Both the position numbers and the translations under genes were made by a program. Under the pieces are notes generated by a model that was given only the letters and a program-made list of their open reading frames with translations, had not been told where the DNA came from and did no database searches. Below, one piece after another: positions 1 through 13,374 of a DNA stretch of 64,000 nt. The stretch spans positions 28,830,001 to 28,894,000 of the forward strand of contig CM060732.1 of NCBI GenBank assembly GCA_030704615.1. The letters run 5' to 3'. The stretch is from Takakia lepidozioides (Eukaryota; Plantae; Bryophyta). Every line of letters begins with the position of its first letter. Positions within the stretch are counted from its first letter, which is position 1.

Positions 1-139
1 ACAAACATCATTATCGAACGGTCAAGCCGCGCCGCCTCATGCCCCTTCAGTCAGATAGAGTGCCGACATGTGCAGCAATTCCATTGCTCCACGTGTTCAC
101 ATTTCAAGGTATTTCCGTCCCAGCGTCTGATGAGTTGGA

Positions 140-1865
140 GCGAAAATGCGAATGCGGCGCCGCATTTCCGTTAAGTACCATTACGAAGCTACACATCCGT
201 ACTTGTTGGAAGAAAATGCGGCACCGCATTTTCCGTTCCACCTTCACATACCTTAGTTGTTGAACGGAAATACGGTGCCGCATTTCCGTCCCACAGCTCC
301 AAGTATGAGATTCAAAAGGGAAATGCGGCGCCGCATTTCCGTTCTGGAATGTCGAAAGGTGCGATTGGAACGGGAATGAGGCACAACATTTCAGTTCCCG
401 TGGTTCATGATTTTCAATGTGAACGGAAATGCGGTACCCCATTTCCGTTCCCACTTCACATACTCCGTTAGATTCTGATGGAAATGCCGTGCCACATTTC
501 CGTTCGGGAAAGTATAGAGGTCTCACCTGGACAAAATGCGGTGCCGCATTTCCGGTCCGGAAAGTTTGAAGGTCTCACATGGATGGAAATGCGGCTACAC
601 ATTTTCGTAGCACAGCTCCAGGCCCAATATACAAAACGGAAATGGCGGCGCCACATTTCCGTTCTAGAATGTCGGAAGGTGCGACTCGAACGGAAATGCG
701 GTGCCGGATTTCTGTTCCCGTTGCGCACGATTTTCAGTCAGAATGGAAATGGCGGTACCGCATTTCCGTTCTGTAGAGTATTAAGGTCTGACGCTGGCGG
801 AAATGCCGTGCCGCATTTTCGTTCCACAGCTCCATGCCTCACATTCAAAACGGAAATGCGGCGCCGCATTTCCGTTTTGGAATGTCGGAGGTGCGACTCG
901 ACTCCGACGGAATGCGGTACCCGCTTTCAGTTCCGAGGTTTCAGGATATTTCATCAGAACGGAAATGCGGTGCCGCATTTCCTTTTTGAATCTAATACAT
1001 TCCGTCCTGGAATGTTGGGAGGTGGTCGACTCGGATGGAAATGCGTTTCCGCTTTCAGTTCCGACGTTTCACGATTTTCAGTCAGAACGGAAATGCGGTA
1101 CCGCATTTCCGTTCTGGAATGTTGGTAGTGCGACTCACTCGGAAATGAAAATACGGGTGCCGCATTTTAGTTCAGATGGTTCACGATTTTCAGTCAGAAC
1201 GGAAATGCTTGCCGCATTTCCGTTCTGGATAGTATTAATGTCTCAAGCGGTCCGAATTGCGCTGTATGAAGCTGTCGGAATCGCACTCGGCTCATGCATC
1301 AGATACAAAATGAAAATGCGCGCCGCATTTCCGTTCTGGAATGTCGAAAAGTACGACTCGGACGGAAATGCGGTGCCGCATTTCTGTTCCCGTTGTTCGT
1401 AATCTCAATCAGAACGGAAATGCGGTACCGCATTTCCGTTCATCCACCTTCACACACCGTGCTTGTTGAATGAAAATGGGGTACCGCATTTCCGTTCTGG
1501 AGAGTATGAATGTCTTTTAAGGACGGAATGTGCTGCAGCATTTCAATCCCTACTGCTCCATGCATCAATACAAATGGAAATGCGGCGCCGCATTTCCGTT
1601 CTGAAATGTCGTAAAGTGCGACTCGGACGGAAATGCGGGTGCCGCATTTCTGTTCCCGTTGTTCATAAATCTCAATCAGAACGGAAATGCGGTACCGCAT
1701 TTCCGTTCGACCTTCACATACCGTGCTTGCTGGATGAAATGCGTTACCGCATTTCCGTTCTGGAGAGTATAAAGGTTTCCCCCGGACGGAAACTCGGTGC
1801 CGCATTTCCGTCGCTCTGGTGCATGACCAAGATGCAATAATACGGAAATGCGGCGCCGTATTTCG
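140..1865. repeat. Array of 22-bp palindromes GGAAATGCGG-NN-CCGCATTTCC with ~31-bp spacers (MULE copy 1)
   Basis: Motif recurs about every 53 bp and generates the repetitive NGNAVPHF/EMRRRISV/KCGAAFP ORFs. Confidence 0.95.
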
Positions 1866-2317
1866 TCCACCAGCAATCGAAAGAATCACTCGGGACGGGA
1901 AATCTGGAACCTGAATGGTTGCATTGTTCCCGAACAACACAATTGCGGCCGTCTTGATTAGCACAACTTGGTTGTCTGATGACCGTTTTAAAACCAGCAG
2001 TCCTGGCACTTGTCAGTGCGAACGTTCCTGTCTGCACCGAGAATACTGCTGATCCACCCTCAGGAGAAACTGTCAGGAGATGTTATTTCGTCGCCGAATC
2101 GGCCATCATTGTCATACTTACTCACTGGCTATGGAATACAACAACCTCCCACCTTCATGCATGTAGCTTGAAACAATCTTTCCACTTCAATGTGCGACTT
2201 CCAATCGTCGATGGACTCCGCATATCACTTAGATGGTGCCTGTGAGCCTTGGTCTGTCCGCTATACTAGAAATATCTGAACCTCGCACTCTTGCCCAACT
2301 AACTCCGTGCGGTGTTC

Positions 2318-5300
2318 GATGCTCCGAATTCCTACGCTATAGTTTGCTGTCCTCCGCAACTTGGGAGAGCGTGGATCCAAAACGAGGGAACTTTGCAGAG
2401 TGACTGAACTTACCTTTGTTCCAAATTCAAGCTCAAACCGGCACATGATTTGGAAGAAGAAAGGAAGGATGTTCCTGGACAGGTTGACGAGACCATTGTC
2501 GTGCTAGGTAACGACGGAGGTTGCGGAATCGAATGGCACGTTCCCCCTCAGACACCATCGTGTACCGAGCTGTGGGCATGCCCATTCCCTTTCCGAATCA
2601 GTCCTCGCTGCCCACACCATCCACAAGGAGTCCGGAAACGGAGAGGCGGCCACTGCCAAACAGAGAGGGTTGCAACGATAATCATTCCCGACCTGGACCG
2701 TCAAGACCCTCCATAGCTTCTCGGTGTTGACGTATTCGACATTTCCGACGAGGAAGATGATTGCATTGAGGTACCCATGTCCTCCACACGGTCGTTCAAA
2801 TCCGCATGGACGTCTCTGTAGGTGCTACGCATTTGCCTCGAGCATAACTCCAACCCGGTCCATTGTGCAGCTCCTACGACAACATCACCTCATGGTTCTC
2901 GCTCCGAGCTGGCTGCTCTCGACTATGCCAAATTCCCAGTCAGAAAGGTAACGTTTCTGCCTCCGCCCGAAGTCGATGGCAATGTTCATCTTCGAGTTTC
3001 CACCTGTCTCTTCGTCAAACAAAGCCTCACGGGATGTTAACAGACATGGATCGAAAGCATGACCTGACACCCCTGGTGTGTGACGAAGACCAGTAGCACA
3101 AAATTGCTGATGGTTTTCGTGTACGATATGTCCTCTGTGCGGGGAAGCTGAGGTGCCTCAATCCCACCTGCTTCCACTTTCTCTCCAAAGGAGGCGGAGA
3201 AACGAGACGGATTGGACTGGCACAAACGCATCATCCATTCATTGTCTCCAGCCAAGCTCCTGCGGTTTCTTTCAAGTGTGCACATTGCAAGAACCACCGA
3301 CGTGCATGTCCATGTGGCAGAGCCAAGCAATACTACTACTATACTACTCATTTCCTTTTGCTCCCGGACTTGACTAGAGCTTGCATACACGTTGGGGTCC
3401 ACTGCCACCCCTTGGCGGAGGCAACATGCGTGAGGCTGTGTAGAAGCACACGACATCATAAGAGGAGGTGAAATTGAGCCCGGAGCCAGACCAAAAGCAT
3501 ATTCAGCTGAAGCAGCTCACAAGATTGCTCTTGGAAAATCATGTCTGAAGATGGTGCCGACCGAGAGCCGCTTGACCAAAGAACAATGCGTGACCTGTTT
3601 GGAGTCCGTCGTCGCACGTTTGTATCCGAAAAGGCAGCGAATCCGATCGTTGTTACATTTTCAAAATGTCGACGTGTGGGCCTGGGAGTGGAGTCGACTT
3701 GGTCACTCGCATGACAACTGGAAACTTGTCGAATGCTTGGGTGATGTTTGATCACATCAAGCGAATTACAAACCATCAGTGGGTGACTATGGGTGCGCAT
3801 GTTTATGACTATCACTCCAAGAGGCTCATGACGATTGCAATCTGCGAGATGAAAGGGGAGGACACACAGTCCGAGATGCATCTGTGGAGGGCATAAACGA
3901 GCAGATGGCAAGGGGCGGGATTGCCAGAGCCCAATTTCAGGGGATTCATGGCAGACAACGCTCAGGCCAACTGGGCAGCGGTGCGGCGTGTGTACGGTGA
4001 GGACCCCAATGTTCCAATGGAGGGGAAAGAGAGATCCTGTGGATTCCATTGGATGCAGAGTCTATCCCACTACACTACCAAATTTGTTGCTAGCTCATTC
4101 CAGGCTGAACACCGTGTCCTTTGTACGGCGTGGAAGGATGCACCCACATTTGATGACGCGGAGGTTAAGTTTGCTATCATCGAGGCTTGGTGGAACACGT
4201 CAGGTGCAGTGGAGACACACCAATCTGGGAGCATTGCACAGCTGGTGGGGGGGGTGTGCATTTTCGGTATCGACAGTTCGGACAGTACATGCGGGAGGTA
4301 GGCTGCTGTCAATTTCGTTCATTTGTCTTTCTGTTACGGACATTTCGATTGGTCCCTCACCATTGTTTGTGTCCTTCTAGGAGCGGTGCTGGATTCCGAC
4401 ACGGACATGCGAACACGAATATGGCAGAATCGGTCCACTCCTCCTGGCGAGCGTCTTCTGCCGCACATCTGGTGGACGTAGTGACGGCCACAACGGAGGA
4501 CATCGACAGAGCAATCATGCAGCAAGCCACGTACTACAAGTTCCTGAGCGGCAAACAATGGGGCTTTGGGCCGGACAGGGAGGAATTGTTGGTGACGAAC
4601 AGCTTCGAGGTCCAAGAATCCAGTGAAATGGGCGACAGCATTGCGAGAGAAGATCAAAGGGACGCCTCTGCACCGCAGAGGTGAACACCTAGAGGGGGAC
4701 GTCCGGACTCGCCCTGTCAGGCGGAGGATTGAAGAGGAACCCGGGTGCGAAGAGGATTCCTGGAGATCCGACAGGAACATTCGGACAGCACCTCGAGGTC
4801 CCGTCATGTTGCCGCACAATGTGTCTTCCAGCAGTGGAAGCCCAAGAAATTCCAGATCGCCGTCGCCTTCAACCGGGGATTTCGTGCAAAAATTCCCACC
4901 GCTCCCTTGCCCCACATTCCGCCCGCTGTTATGCAGTATGGCCAAGCCATTGTGGAGACGACTGTGTCTGCATCACAGTGGAGAATTGCTCGCACAAAGC
5001 CGTCGTTTCGAGAGGAAGGTGTTCCGCAATTCGTGTGGATACACGGCAACGTTGTTTAGAGATGATAAGGAGGAATCCAGATGGGGCTGTCCTGCTCCTA
5101 CTTTTACAGGAAGATTTGTCCATGCAAAGTTTGCGGAGGCGACAACCACCCAGTTCTGGTTCTGCAGGCACGACATTATGACTTGCGTGTATGGAAAGCC
5201 CAAGTACGGCATACAAACAATGCCAGAGGCTCCCCCGGTGTGGCCGGTGGAACCAGGCTGCGATCTGAGTCAGGTTGAGGCCGACGCCCTTACCGCCGCA

Positions 5301-5806
5301 GGATTTCGGATGGTGCAGCGCACTGACGTCCCCAGACAACCATTTCCGCTTCCACAGCCTCCACCACCGACCCCTGTGAGAGCAAGAACAATGGGACACG
5401 ACAGCTCTAAGCATCCTACACACCGTTGGGGGAAACCGAAGAGGCGGCGACCTCCCTCAAAAGTGAACGAGACAAGGATGGGGAATGCACTTCGGATGAA
5501 CTGTACAATCCAGAGCTCGACAGAAGTGCCCCACCAGGATTCGGGCGTGTGTATCAGATGGCCACGGCGGGCTCAGCTGTTCGCAATGAGGTGTACACCA
5601 TCACCATTTCAGAATTACCCACCTGCAATTGCACCGACTTCCAGATCATGGCGAACAGGGGGCATCATACTGCCTTGCAAGCTTTTGTACTACGTGTACC
5701 TAAAGAGACTCCGTTGTAATTCCACAACTCATCACTTCATACATGCACCAGGGTTGAGCCCCAGGAGGTTCACACTCTTCTGAATATGGATCCAGGGGAC
5801 CAGTGA
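2318..5806 (+). pseudogene. MULE transposase, frameshifted (copy 1)
   Basis: WVMFDHIK, FMADNAQAN, CGFHW, NTNMAES and SWIM (CNCTDF) motifs spread over several frames; about 120 bp deleted near 3628 relative to copy 2. Confidence 0.85.
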
Positions 5807-6658
5807 GCTTGGCTTGCGGTCCACATACAATGGTACGCCCATCTTTTCGGATAGTAGAACTGTACTGCTGCCAGTACCTCAGACTCTGGCCACAGAAAGG
5901 TCCGACATATGTCTTGCCTACCAGTAACCTGTTTTGCTCGAACTAAGATATTACTATATCGTTCACTTGTTTCCACGTGCATGTATTTTTGTATGTTGGA
6001 GGGTTCATGTTTTTCTGCTTTCCGAAAACTTGCTTTCCTCATTCGACCTCCGACAAGGAAATGCGGCGCCGAATTTCCAAGTATCGTCGTAGGTACCCCC
6101 AGAGGCGGCCTTCGCCAACACCAAACCGCTCCGAAATTTCGCCACGTGCGAACCCTAATGCGGCACCCTATTTCCCAGTTCAGTTGCAAAACCTTTTCCC
6201 GCCGAATACCCGAAGAAGACAGAATTGTGAAGTACTGCAGACTGTATTGGTGCAGACTCCATTGGTTCAATCGCGGCAAAAAGGGTCAGCTTCATTCCAA
6301 TGTTAAGGCATGTAAAACCGCGGAATACTCTATACAGGCCAGTATGCGACGTCCTTTTGCAGTGGTATACTGGATTTCCCGTTGCACGGTCACTTATTTC
6401 CATGAGCGGATCTAAAAACCATGAGCGGACTTGTTACTGACGACATATCTTCGCCGCATTACATGATCTGGAACGTCCAAAAACGGCAAGGTCAAATAAA
6501 AAACTATTATTTTAATACTTGTTTAATCTGCCGCATTTCCAAATTTGGAGGAGTCCGCTCATGAAATCCGCGTATCTTAGACTTCGGCTCACCGCTCATG
6601 CGGCTCATGCGGCTCATGGCTCATGGCTCATGGTTCTGCTCATGAAATAGTAAACCTC

Positions 6659-8566
6659 GTACCCTGAGATTCACACAAAAAGTACATTTCGCTGGATTCA
6701 GGCCCAGACCACTCTCATCCTGAATCTGCCAAGCACAACTCCAATTTGGTAAAGTGCTCCAATCTTAGAGCTATAACACACTTGAACATCCAAGAACACT
6801 GCATGTGAAATCCTCAAGGTACTCTGATGAAATATTCATGATAACTCTTGAAAGTGCTGTGGCATGACAAAGTCCAAAAGGCCAGACTTGGTATGCATAA
6901 AGCACCCCAGTCTGTGATGAAAGCTGTGTTTCCCTTGATATTCCGTGAAACCTGTACTTGATATAACCACGGAAGCCACATGAATGAAACATCTTCATGG
7001 CATGCCATAGTGTCCCATACTGGCTCTGGAAGGTGAGGAAAAATGATCCATTCCCTCGTAACAAGCATCAGCTTCTGTAGTTAACACAAAAATTTTAGTT
7101 CTGCCATTTTATCGGGGAATATCCAATGGGGTGACAACCAAGTGGTGTAAACTCTACGGGGTATAATTAGCTCAGCCAACTTTTTGCTCCTTTCTCCACT
7201 TTCTGCCATAGTGGGATTGCATCATGTATCTAGCCTGTTTAAATGGTTATTGATCCTGGTTCCATTTCAATCTTATGTGACAAATCTCAGTGTATCCCAT
7301 TCAGATCCTATAGCCCCAAGGCACTACATCTCTGTATTTAAGAACAGACTCTTTGCTCCTCAACGATTCTGGCTCTAGATCCGCCCCTCCTACCTTCACC
7401 ATCCTTGGTTCTCCTTCCTTTCCGCATAAAAATGTGGTGGGTAACTATTTATTTCCTCCTCAATTGGGGGTGTTGTCACTTGCACCACAGTAGATACTTT
7501 TTAAACAACTCGGGCCTTCTCAATTGCATCTCGGCACCTGTTCCCACTCTGGTGTGCAGCGAACAAAGTAGCTTCCTGTTTCCTCATCCAGTCCTTCTTC
7601 AAATCATACTCTCTGACCCCTCTTGTCTTCTTTTAGCAGATATTACACTCAGATTTCTTAGTGGTGATTTTGTATCTTGTTCTACAATAAGGAAGAGCTT
7701 CCAGCCTTCATTCATCTTAACCACAGTTACTGTGATCTTAAAGAGCATCTCTTGAATCTGATTTTAACTCCTCTGATCAATCCCAATGTTTGTACACTCC
7801 TTTGGTCTAGTACCATGGTTACTATAAATTGGGGCTGGTTTCATGTTGTTTTGACCAAGGCTTCTGCTCACTGTCTATCATGTATTCACACCAGAGCCTT
7901 CCATCTATCAGACATCTGGCCAGCTCTGTGCTTCCAATCTCACTAGATAACTGCATAGAATCATCAAAATCCATGATTGTTTTTCGCCCGTCTGGCCTCA
8001 CATTATAACTGTCACATTGTTGTTCAAGTCTGTGTTCTCTGTCAATGGGCAATCCGTTGATTGCTTGATACAGCCTGGTCTACAATTAAGGTTCCACAGC
8101 TAATAGCTGCTCAATGGTAATTTCCACTTTGACTGCTTATCACTTCAGCAATGTTCCCTTCCTTTCCCTGCACTTCTGCGGCTCCCTCTTTCTTCTTCCT
8201 CACTGACTTCTCTTCTCCTTCAGAGTCTGAGGAGTCCTACCATGGGAATATCAGTACTCCTTCTGCATTTCCCTATGGTATCCAGCCAATTCCTGTTCAG
8301 TTCCTCTCATCTCTCTCAGCCATCATCTTCAGCCATCACTGCCATCTTCATTATAATCACTTCATCTTCCACTGGAGGTTACTAATTGGCTCTGCGTCTT
8401 GTTACTATCATTGTACTCATTCCGGTCCAGTACATGGGGGCTGCTATTTCATGAGCCATGAGCCATGAGCGGTCAGGAGCCATGAGCCCATGAGCATCTT
8501 CCACTGGAGGTACTAATTGGCTCTGCTTCTTGTTACTATCATTGTACTCACTTCCGGTACAATACA
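6659..8566 (-). mobile_element. Degenerate Ty3/Gypsy pol remnant (protease and RT); continuation of the element at 31491-33907
   Basis: Minus-strand remnants: VTRS motif near 8530, IDG(G)SGVN protease near 7900, PFGL near 6880, LNPAKCTF near 6690. The frame joins VRPCI (31491) across the MULE TSD. Confidence 0.75.
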
Positions 8567-9028
8567 GGGGGCTGCTATTTCATGAGCCATGAGCCATGAG
8601 CGGCATGAGCCATGAGCAGAGTCGTAAGTGTGGAAAAAAAACATGAGCAGCACTATTTTCCGGAAATGAGTGTCCGCGGGAATAGGGTTAGGGGGTGCCA
8701 CGGTCATAGGGGAGAAGGACCTCCCGATGAAGGAGGTTCGACAATGTTATTTAGAATAATATATTGAAAGGCAATGTTTCGCATGGAAGGGTGGTACTGC
8801 TCTGTACAATGGGGGCCCATTTCAGCCTACCAGCCACTTGCAAAATCACCCACACTCCCAATCCCAAACGAATGAGCAATGACGCATTCTCGGAACGATG
8901 GACACAGAATAGAATAAAAAGAGGGCAGCAATGCAGGTTTTATTGATCCACATGAATTGCATTTGAAGCACGTCTACTGTGCTGATTGTGCAATCAAAAT
9001 CTTTAGCCCTGTGCCTACTGAATACAAG

Positions 9029-9579
9029 TCACGTTGTCAATGGGACTTCGACTGCTCTCAGAACTAGCTCATGAGTCATGGGGCTCCTCCAAGTAAAGTC
9101 GATTGCAGCCGTTGTACCGCCCCTAGTGATGTTCACCACAATGTCCTGCCCTTCAATCATACCACCATCGAATATGGAAATCTTCACGTTTTCGTCGTCC
9201 ACACCAATGCGAATGTCCCCATACAATGGAGAAGAGGAGCGCACTCCTTCAGGAGAATAGGTCTCTCCGATGGAGTCCACCCACGTCCAGTCAGATTCCA
9301 CCGCAACAGCACAGCCCCCTTCTTCTGCATGGGTGACCGTCGTAGCTGGGAAATCGGAAGCGAGTGCGCAGGAGCCACGGACTCCTCAGACCAAGATCGT
9401 CACCCCGCTCGAAGCGTAGTGGCCTAGGATATACTCAAAAGCCACCAATTTTCCACAATCGAACCAGTATCTTCTCTATAATCTGTGTACCAGATAACAA
9501 TGTCTCCCGATGTGGCCGAATACATTGCATAATCGATGCCTCCAAATGGGCAGTCGTCCTGGTTCCGGAAGCACGGCAT
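9029..9579 (-). pseudogene. MULE passenger gene A, unknown function, frameshifted; paralog of 10136-10714
   Basis: CFRNQDDCPFGGIDYAMY..SGDIVIW and LYGDIRI..DGGMIEGQDIVV..ELVLRAVEVP align with passenger B. Confidence 0.7.
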
Positions 9580-10135
9580 CCTCGCAAAGGAGGACCTGAG
9601 GACGACTTGGATGCCGATGACAATGACCTTGCGGACAGCTACGAAGCCCTTAGATTTTGGAAATGATGCGAAGCGGAAGAGCAATCCGGCCTCCAATAAT
9701 GGAGCATCTGGGTCCCACGTACCCACCGACGGAGGTGGAACGTGTTCATCACGCCAGCGGTGGATGAACCCACACATCTTTCTCATCAACAAGTTATAGT
9801 TTGAGATCTGCCACCGAAGTCCATCCCCCCGGATGGAAATTCGGCGCCGCATTTACATCGAAGAGGGGATGGACTTCGTCGTGTCCAGTGGCTATCGGCC
9901 CACCTGGCAGTGACTGCCCATAGTTTGCATGGCAGGGTAGGAAACTGAAACGGCTACATTCATGCAGCAGCCAATCTTCATCGGTCCAGGATCCTGTAAG
10001 GGGGAAATTTAAATGTGCCCTGGAGTGTTTGTGAGGAATTGCAGCGTTAGCTTGAACATTTTCCAGCCACCGCGCTGCTCCTCCTCCATCCGGGAGCTGC
10101 TGTCATTGAGCGTACTCCGCTACTCTTTTTCAAGG

Positions 10136-10714
10136 ATGTCGTGCCGCCGAAATCCAGCCGACTGCCCTTATCATGGCCACGATTATGCTATGTTCAAACC
10201 AGAATCAGGAGACATCATTGTCTGGCTCTCTGTTTTCACAGACGCTGCTGGAATCAAGCAAGAGTCTTTGCGCGCAATGGAGTATCTGGAGGGCTATTAC
10301 CGCTTTGAGCAAGGTGAGGGCGAGGGTCAATGCGGTCCGTGGGTCCTGAAAATTGTTGACCTTGATATACCAAGCTGGAAAGGGATGTCGGACAGATCAC
10401 GCACGGCCTCGCTTTGGCGCTGGAACTACTGCCAGTGGACCAGGGAGGACGGCACCGGGGAAAACTATATACGTGCAGATCACTCCGCTCTTCCAGTGTA
10501 TGGAGACATTCGGCTGAGTTGCGAAGACGATTCGCACGGGCACATGAGGCCCACAGTGACCTTGTCAATGTATGATGGTGGTATCATTGATGGACATGAC
10601 ATTGTCGTCGGCTCCAGCAAGGGTAGCAGAACGACCAAATTGCAGTTTACCTCGAGGTGCCGCAACAGTAATGAGCTTGTTTTGAGGGGTATCGAAGTTC
10701 CGTCGACTTGGTGA
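10136..10714 (+). CDS. MULE passenger gene B, ~192 aa, unknown function
   Basis: Open frame from ATG 10136 (MSCRRNPADCPYHGHDYAMF...ELVLRGIEVPSTW); coding status supported by protein-level similarity to passenger A. Confidence 0.7.
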   Translation: MSCRRNPADCPYHGHDYAMFKPESGDIIVWLSVFTDAAGIKQESLRAMEYLEGYYRFEQGEGEGQCGPWVLKIVDLDIPSWKGMSDRSRTASLWRWNYCQWTREDGTGENYIRADHSALPVYGDIRLSCEDDSHGHMRPTVTLSMYDGGIIDGHDIVVGSSKGSRTTKLQFTSRCRNSNELVLRGIEVPSTW

Positions 10715-10969
10715 AGCCCATGTAGAAGGAGGAAGGGCTTAGTTTTGTCTGCAGTTGGTAAATGTGAGACATCGTGTCCGATCAATAAACCCATCGTACC
10801 TCACTTCTGTGTGATTGTGTTTCATTCTGTTGAATAACTGTCGGAATTGGCCCACTGTTTACAATTTGATGTCTCATTTCTACAATTTGTCTGTCCGGAT
10901 GAATATACCAGAGTAACCGGTATGAGAGTCATGTGTCAAGAATATACCAGAGTAACGCCATGTCAGACA

Positions 10970-11670
10970 TTGAAATGCGGCACCGCATTTCCATGTCGGA
11001 CATTGGAATGCGGTGCATCATTTCCGTCCAGGTACACGAAATACCAACACGGGTCTATAAATTGGACAGACAACGAGGTTGGCATTGCAAATGCGGCGAT
11101 GCATTTCCAGCTTGGCAATGGAAACTTCTTTTTGGACAAGGGAATGCGGTGCCGCATTTCCGTCCAACACTTCGGAAAGTGTGACATTTCCGACCAGCGC
11201 ATGGAATGCGTTACCGCATTTCCGTGAGAGGGTCTGCAAATGGACAAATTGCGATGTCCGTTCTGGAAATGCGGCGCCGCATTTCCATGTCCGTCATCGA
11301 CTTTTTTTTGACAATGGAATGCGGTGCCAATTTTTGCTGATGGGCCTGCAGTTCGAACAACGACCATCCCCAATATGGAAATGCGGCACCGCATTTCCAA
11401 TTCCGCCATTTCGACCTCCTTGTTCGACCTCCTTGTTCGACCTCTGTAAGTGTGGTGGCATTCATGAAATGAGCGGGAGAGGCCAAAACTGGCGTGTGGA
11501 CAAAGGAAATTTTGGAAATGCGGCACCGCATTTCCAATCGGCCGATTGCTTTTTACTATGCCAACATTGAAATGGAAAATTTAGTCCCTCCCCTGTTTTG
11601 GAAATGCGGTGCCGCATTTCCAAAAGAGGTTTTTAGAGTTGCCAAAATTTTGGAAATGCGGTGCCCCATT
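10970..11670. repeat. Second, looser array of GGAAATGCGG-NN-CCGCATTTCC palindromes
   Basis: About ten palindrome copies with irregular spacing. Confidence 0.9.
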
Positions 11671-11808
11671 TCTGATTTTGGAGCGTCGTGGTTTGGGCAA
11701 TTGTGTGGCTGGAATGCACACTGGAGAGGGGTCACGAATGTCGGGGAGAATTTCCTTTATATACTCTGGAAGAGAATTTACATTTACAGAGACTTCATTA
11801 AAATTCTA

Positions 11809-13352
11809 TTAATCTTGAAAATCATCCTCATCCTGTTCTAGACTGTCCTGCTCCGCCTCCACCCCCTCATTGCCTTTCTCATCTCCAGCGGACTGCTCGT
11901 TGGCTAGGCTTTCGAAAATCCCATCTTCCCCTTGCGGAACTGTCCATCTCACCTCCGTTGGGTCGTCTTCCTCCCTGTCTGCGTCGCTCTCATCCGCTGA
12001 ATCACATATGTACTTTCGTACCCGTCTACCTGTCTGAGCTGCTGCCAACTCTTTCCTTATCCTTCTGTCCTCCCTAGCCCTCTCCAAAATCTGCTCTACT
12101 TTACTGGGATTCTCACTTCTTCTAATCGCTGTATTTGCGAGTTTAGCTGCATAACTAGGAAGGGAGTAGTCCCTCACCGGGCTCGTCATGAAGTCGGCCC
12201 TCGCAAAGAACGGTACATTCTTCCTGGCAGGAAGTGTAGGCCCTACATGTTTCGACCCGGACCCTGCAATCCTGCACATGACAATCATCAACGAGACTAA
12301 TGAGAACCACAGTCCGGAAATTTGTTTGACAAAAATGACCCAGAAGGCTTTGCAAACTTACAATGTTTGCACTCACTCGTATTCCGGGTTCTCCTTCGCA
12401 TCAATGTCCACTGTGTCTTCCTCGGACTCCGACGAATCCGAGGAGAATTCCGCTCTATTGGGAGCATTAACATTCCGTTGCAGCCCTTCCAGATGGGATC
12501 CCCACACGGATGAATCCTCCTCGTAGGCAAAGAGGTGCCGGTCGGAAAACCGCCCAGCCCACATTGAGGCACCTGTTACAATGCCATCCACACATTACAA
12601 CATGGCGCTTCAGATGTTTCGAACTACATCCTAACGAGAATTTGCAGAACAGCATAGATCAAGATTCTGCATACCTGTCCCACAGATGAGGTCGAGCACT
12701 GTGCCCTCCACGTCTGTGCATGTCTCCATAATTGTCTGAATGAAGGCAGGGCTCTGAGTCCGTGAGTACCGCAGGGGTTCCGTTGAAGTGAGGCTATGAG
12801 GGAGAAGTTCCTTCGGAACATTGTTGAACAGAACGTCGTAATCGAGGGGGTCGCAGTTCGGGTCAACCTTTCCTCCCTCCTTCCGGAAAGCAAAGGTGGA
12901 GTTCTCCTTCACAAAGCAGTATGCATCGAATTGCTTCGTCTGCATACACAGGGGGGAACGATTAGAAACCAAATGCGGCACCGCATTTGAAAACACCCAA
13001 GCAAACAAATGGACGAGTGCCAGTGTCGTAATCACCTTCTTCCCTTCCGACCGAAGGCCCAGTGTGTTGATGCACGTCCACTTCTTTTTCAGAATCGGGA
13101 CGGCGCTCTTGCGGGTCCACTTCGCAATTCTTGTCTGAGTGTTTTTTTCTCTGCTTGCCAGGACAACCACACAACCTCTGTCGTCCAACACCATGCGGGC
13201 AAGCCCGAATCCTTTCTTCCAAAAGTCCTCTGAGTACCTGTTCCAAGATGGCAAAGCTTGCAGTCCTTCCACAGGCTCTCCGTCCGGAATATCCAAGATG
13301 ATCATATCGCAAGACCACTCGGTGGCATTTCCGCCCCTCCTACAATCCTTGT
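11809..13352 (-). CDS. Spliced beta-class amino (N4C/N6A) DNA methyltransferase-like gene with acidic C-terminal tail; 5' end missing
   Basis: Exons 13352-13036, 12939-12675, 12572-12377 and 12271-11809 join in frame across GT..AG introns. Motif order: CDMIILDIPDG (IV-like), QSPAFIQTIMETCTDVEGTVLDLICGT|GASMWAG (X, I), RHLFAYEED (II). Confidence 0.75.
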
Positions 13353-13374
13353 CTGCACACACCCGTTGTTCAAA

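Larger units (their letters stand above)
1..6658 (+). mobile_element. Mutator-like (MULE) DNA transposon, copy 1; left part outside the window
   Basis: Colinear with 13375-18062 plus 30124-31490. Ends in the shared terminus ...CATGAAATAGTAAACCTC at 6658, directly followed by Gypsy RT remnants. Confidence 0.85.

Noticed and set aside
39-2037. Many overlapping ORFs in the palindrome arrays (also 13400-14700 and 46600-48330)
   Set aside because: By-products of a stop-poor repeat that is open in several frames on both strands.
8364-8617. Tandem ~130-bp duplication spanning the MULE left junction
   Set aside because: The two versions differ mainly by small indels, typical of a long-read assembly artefact; used only to infer the TSD.
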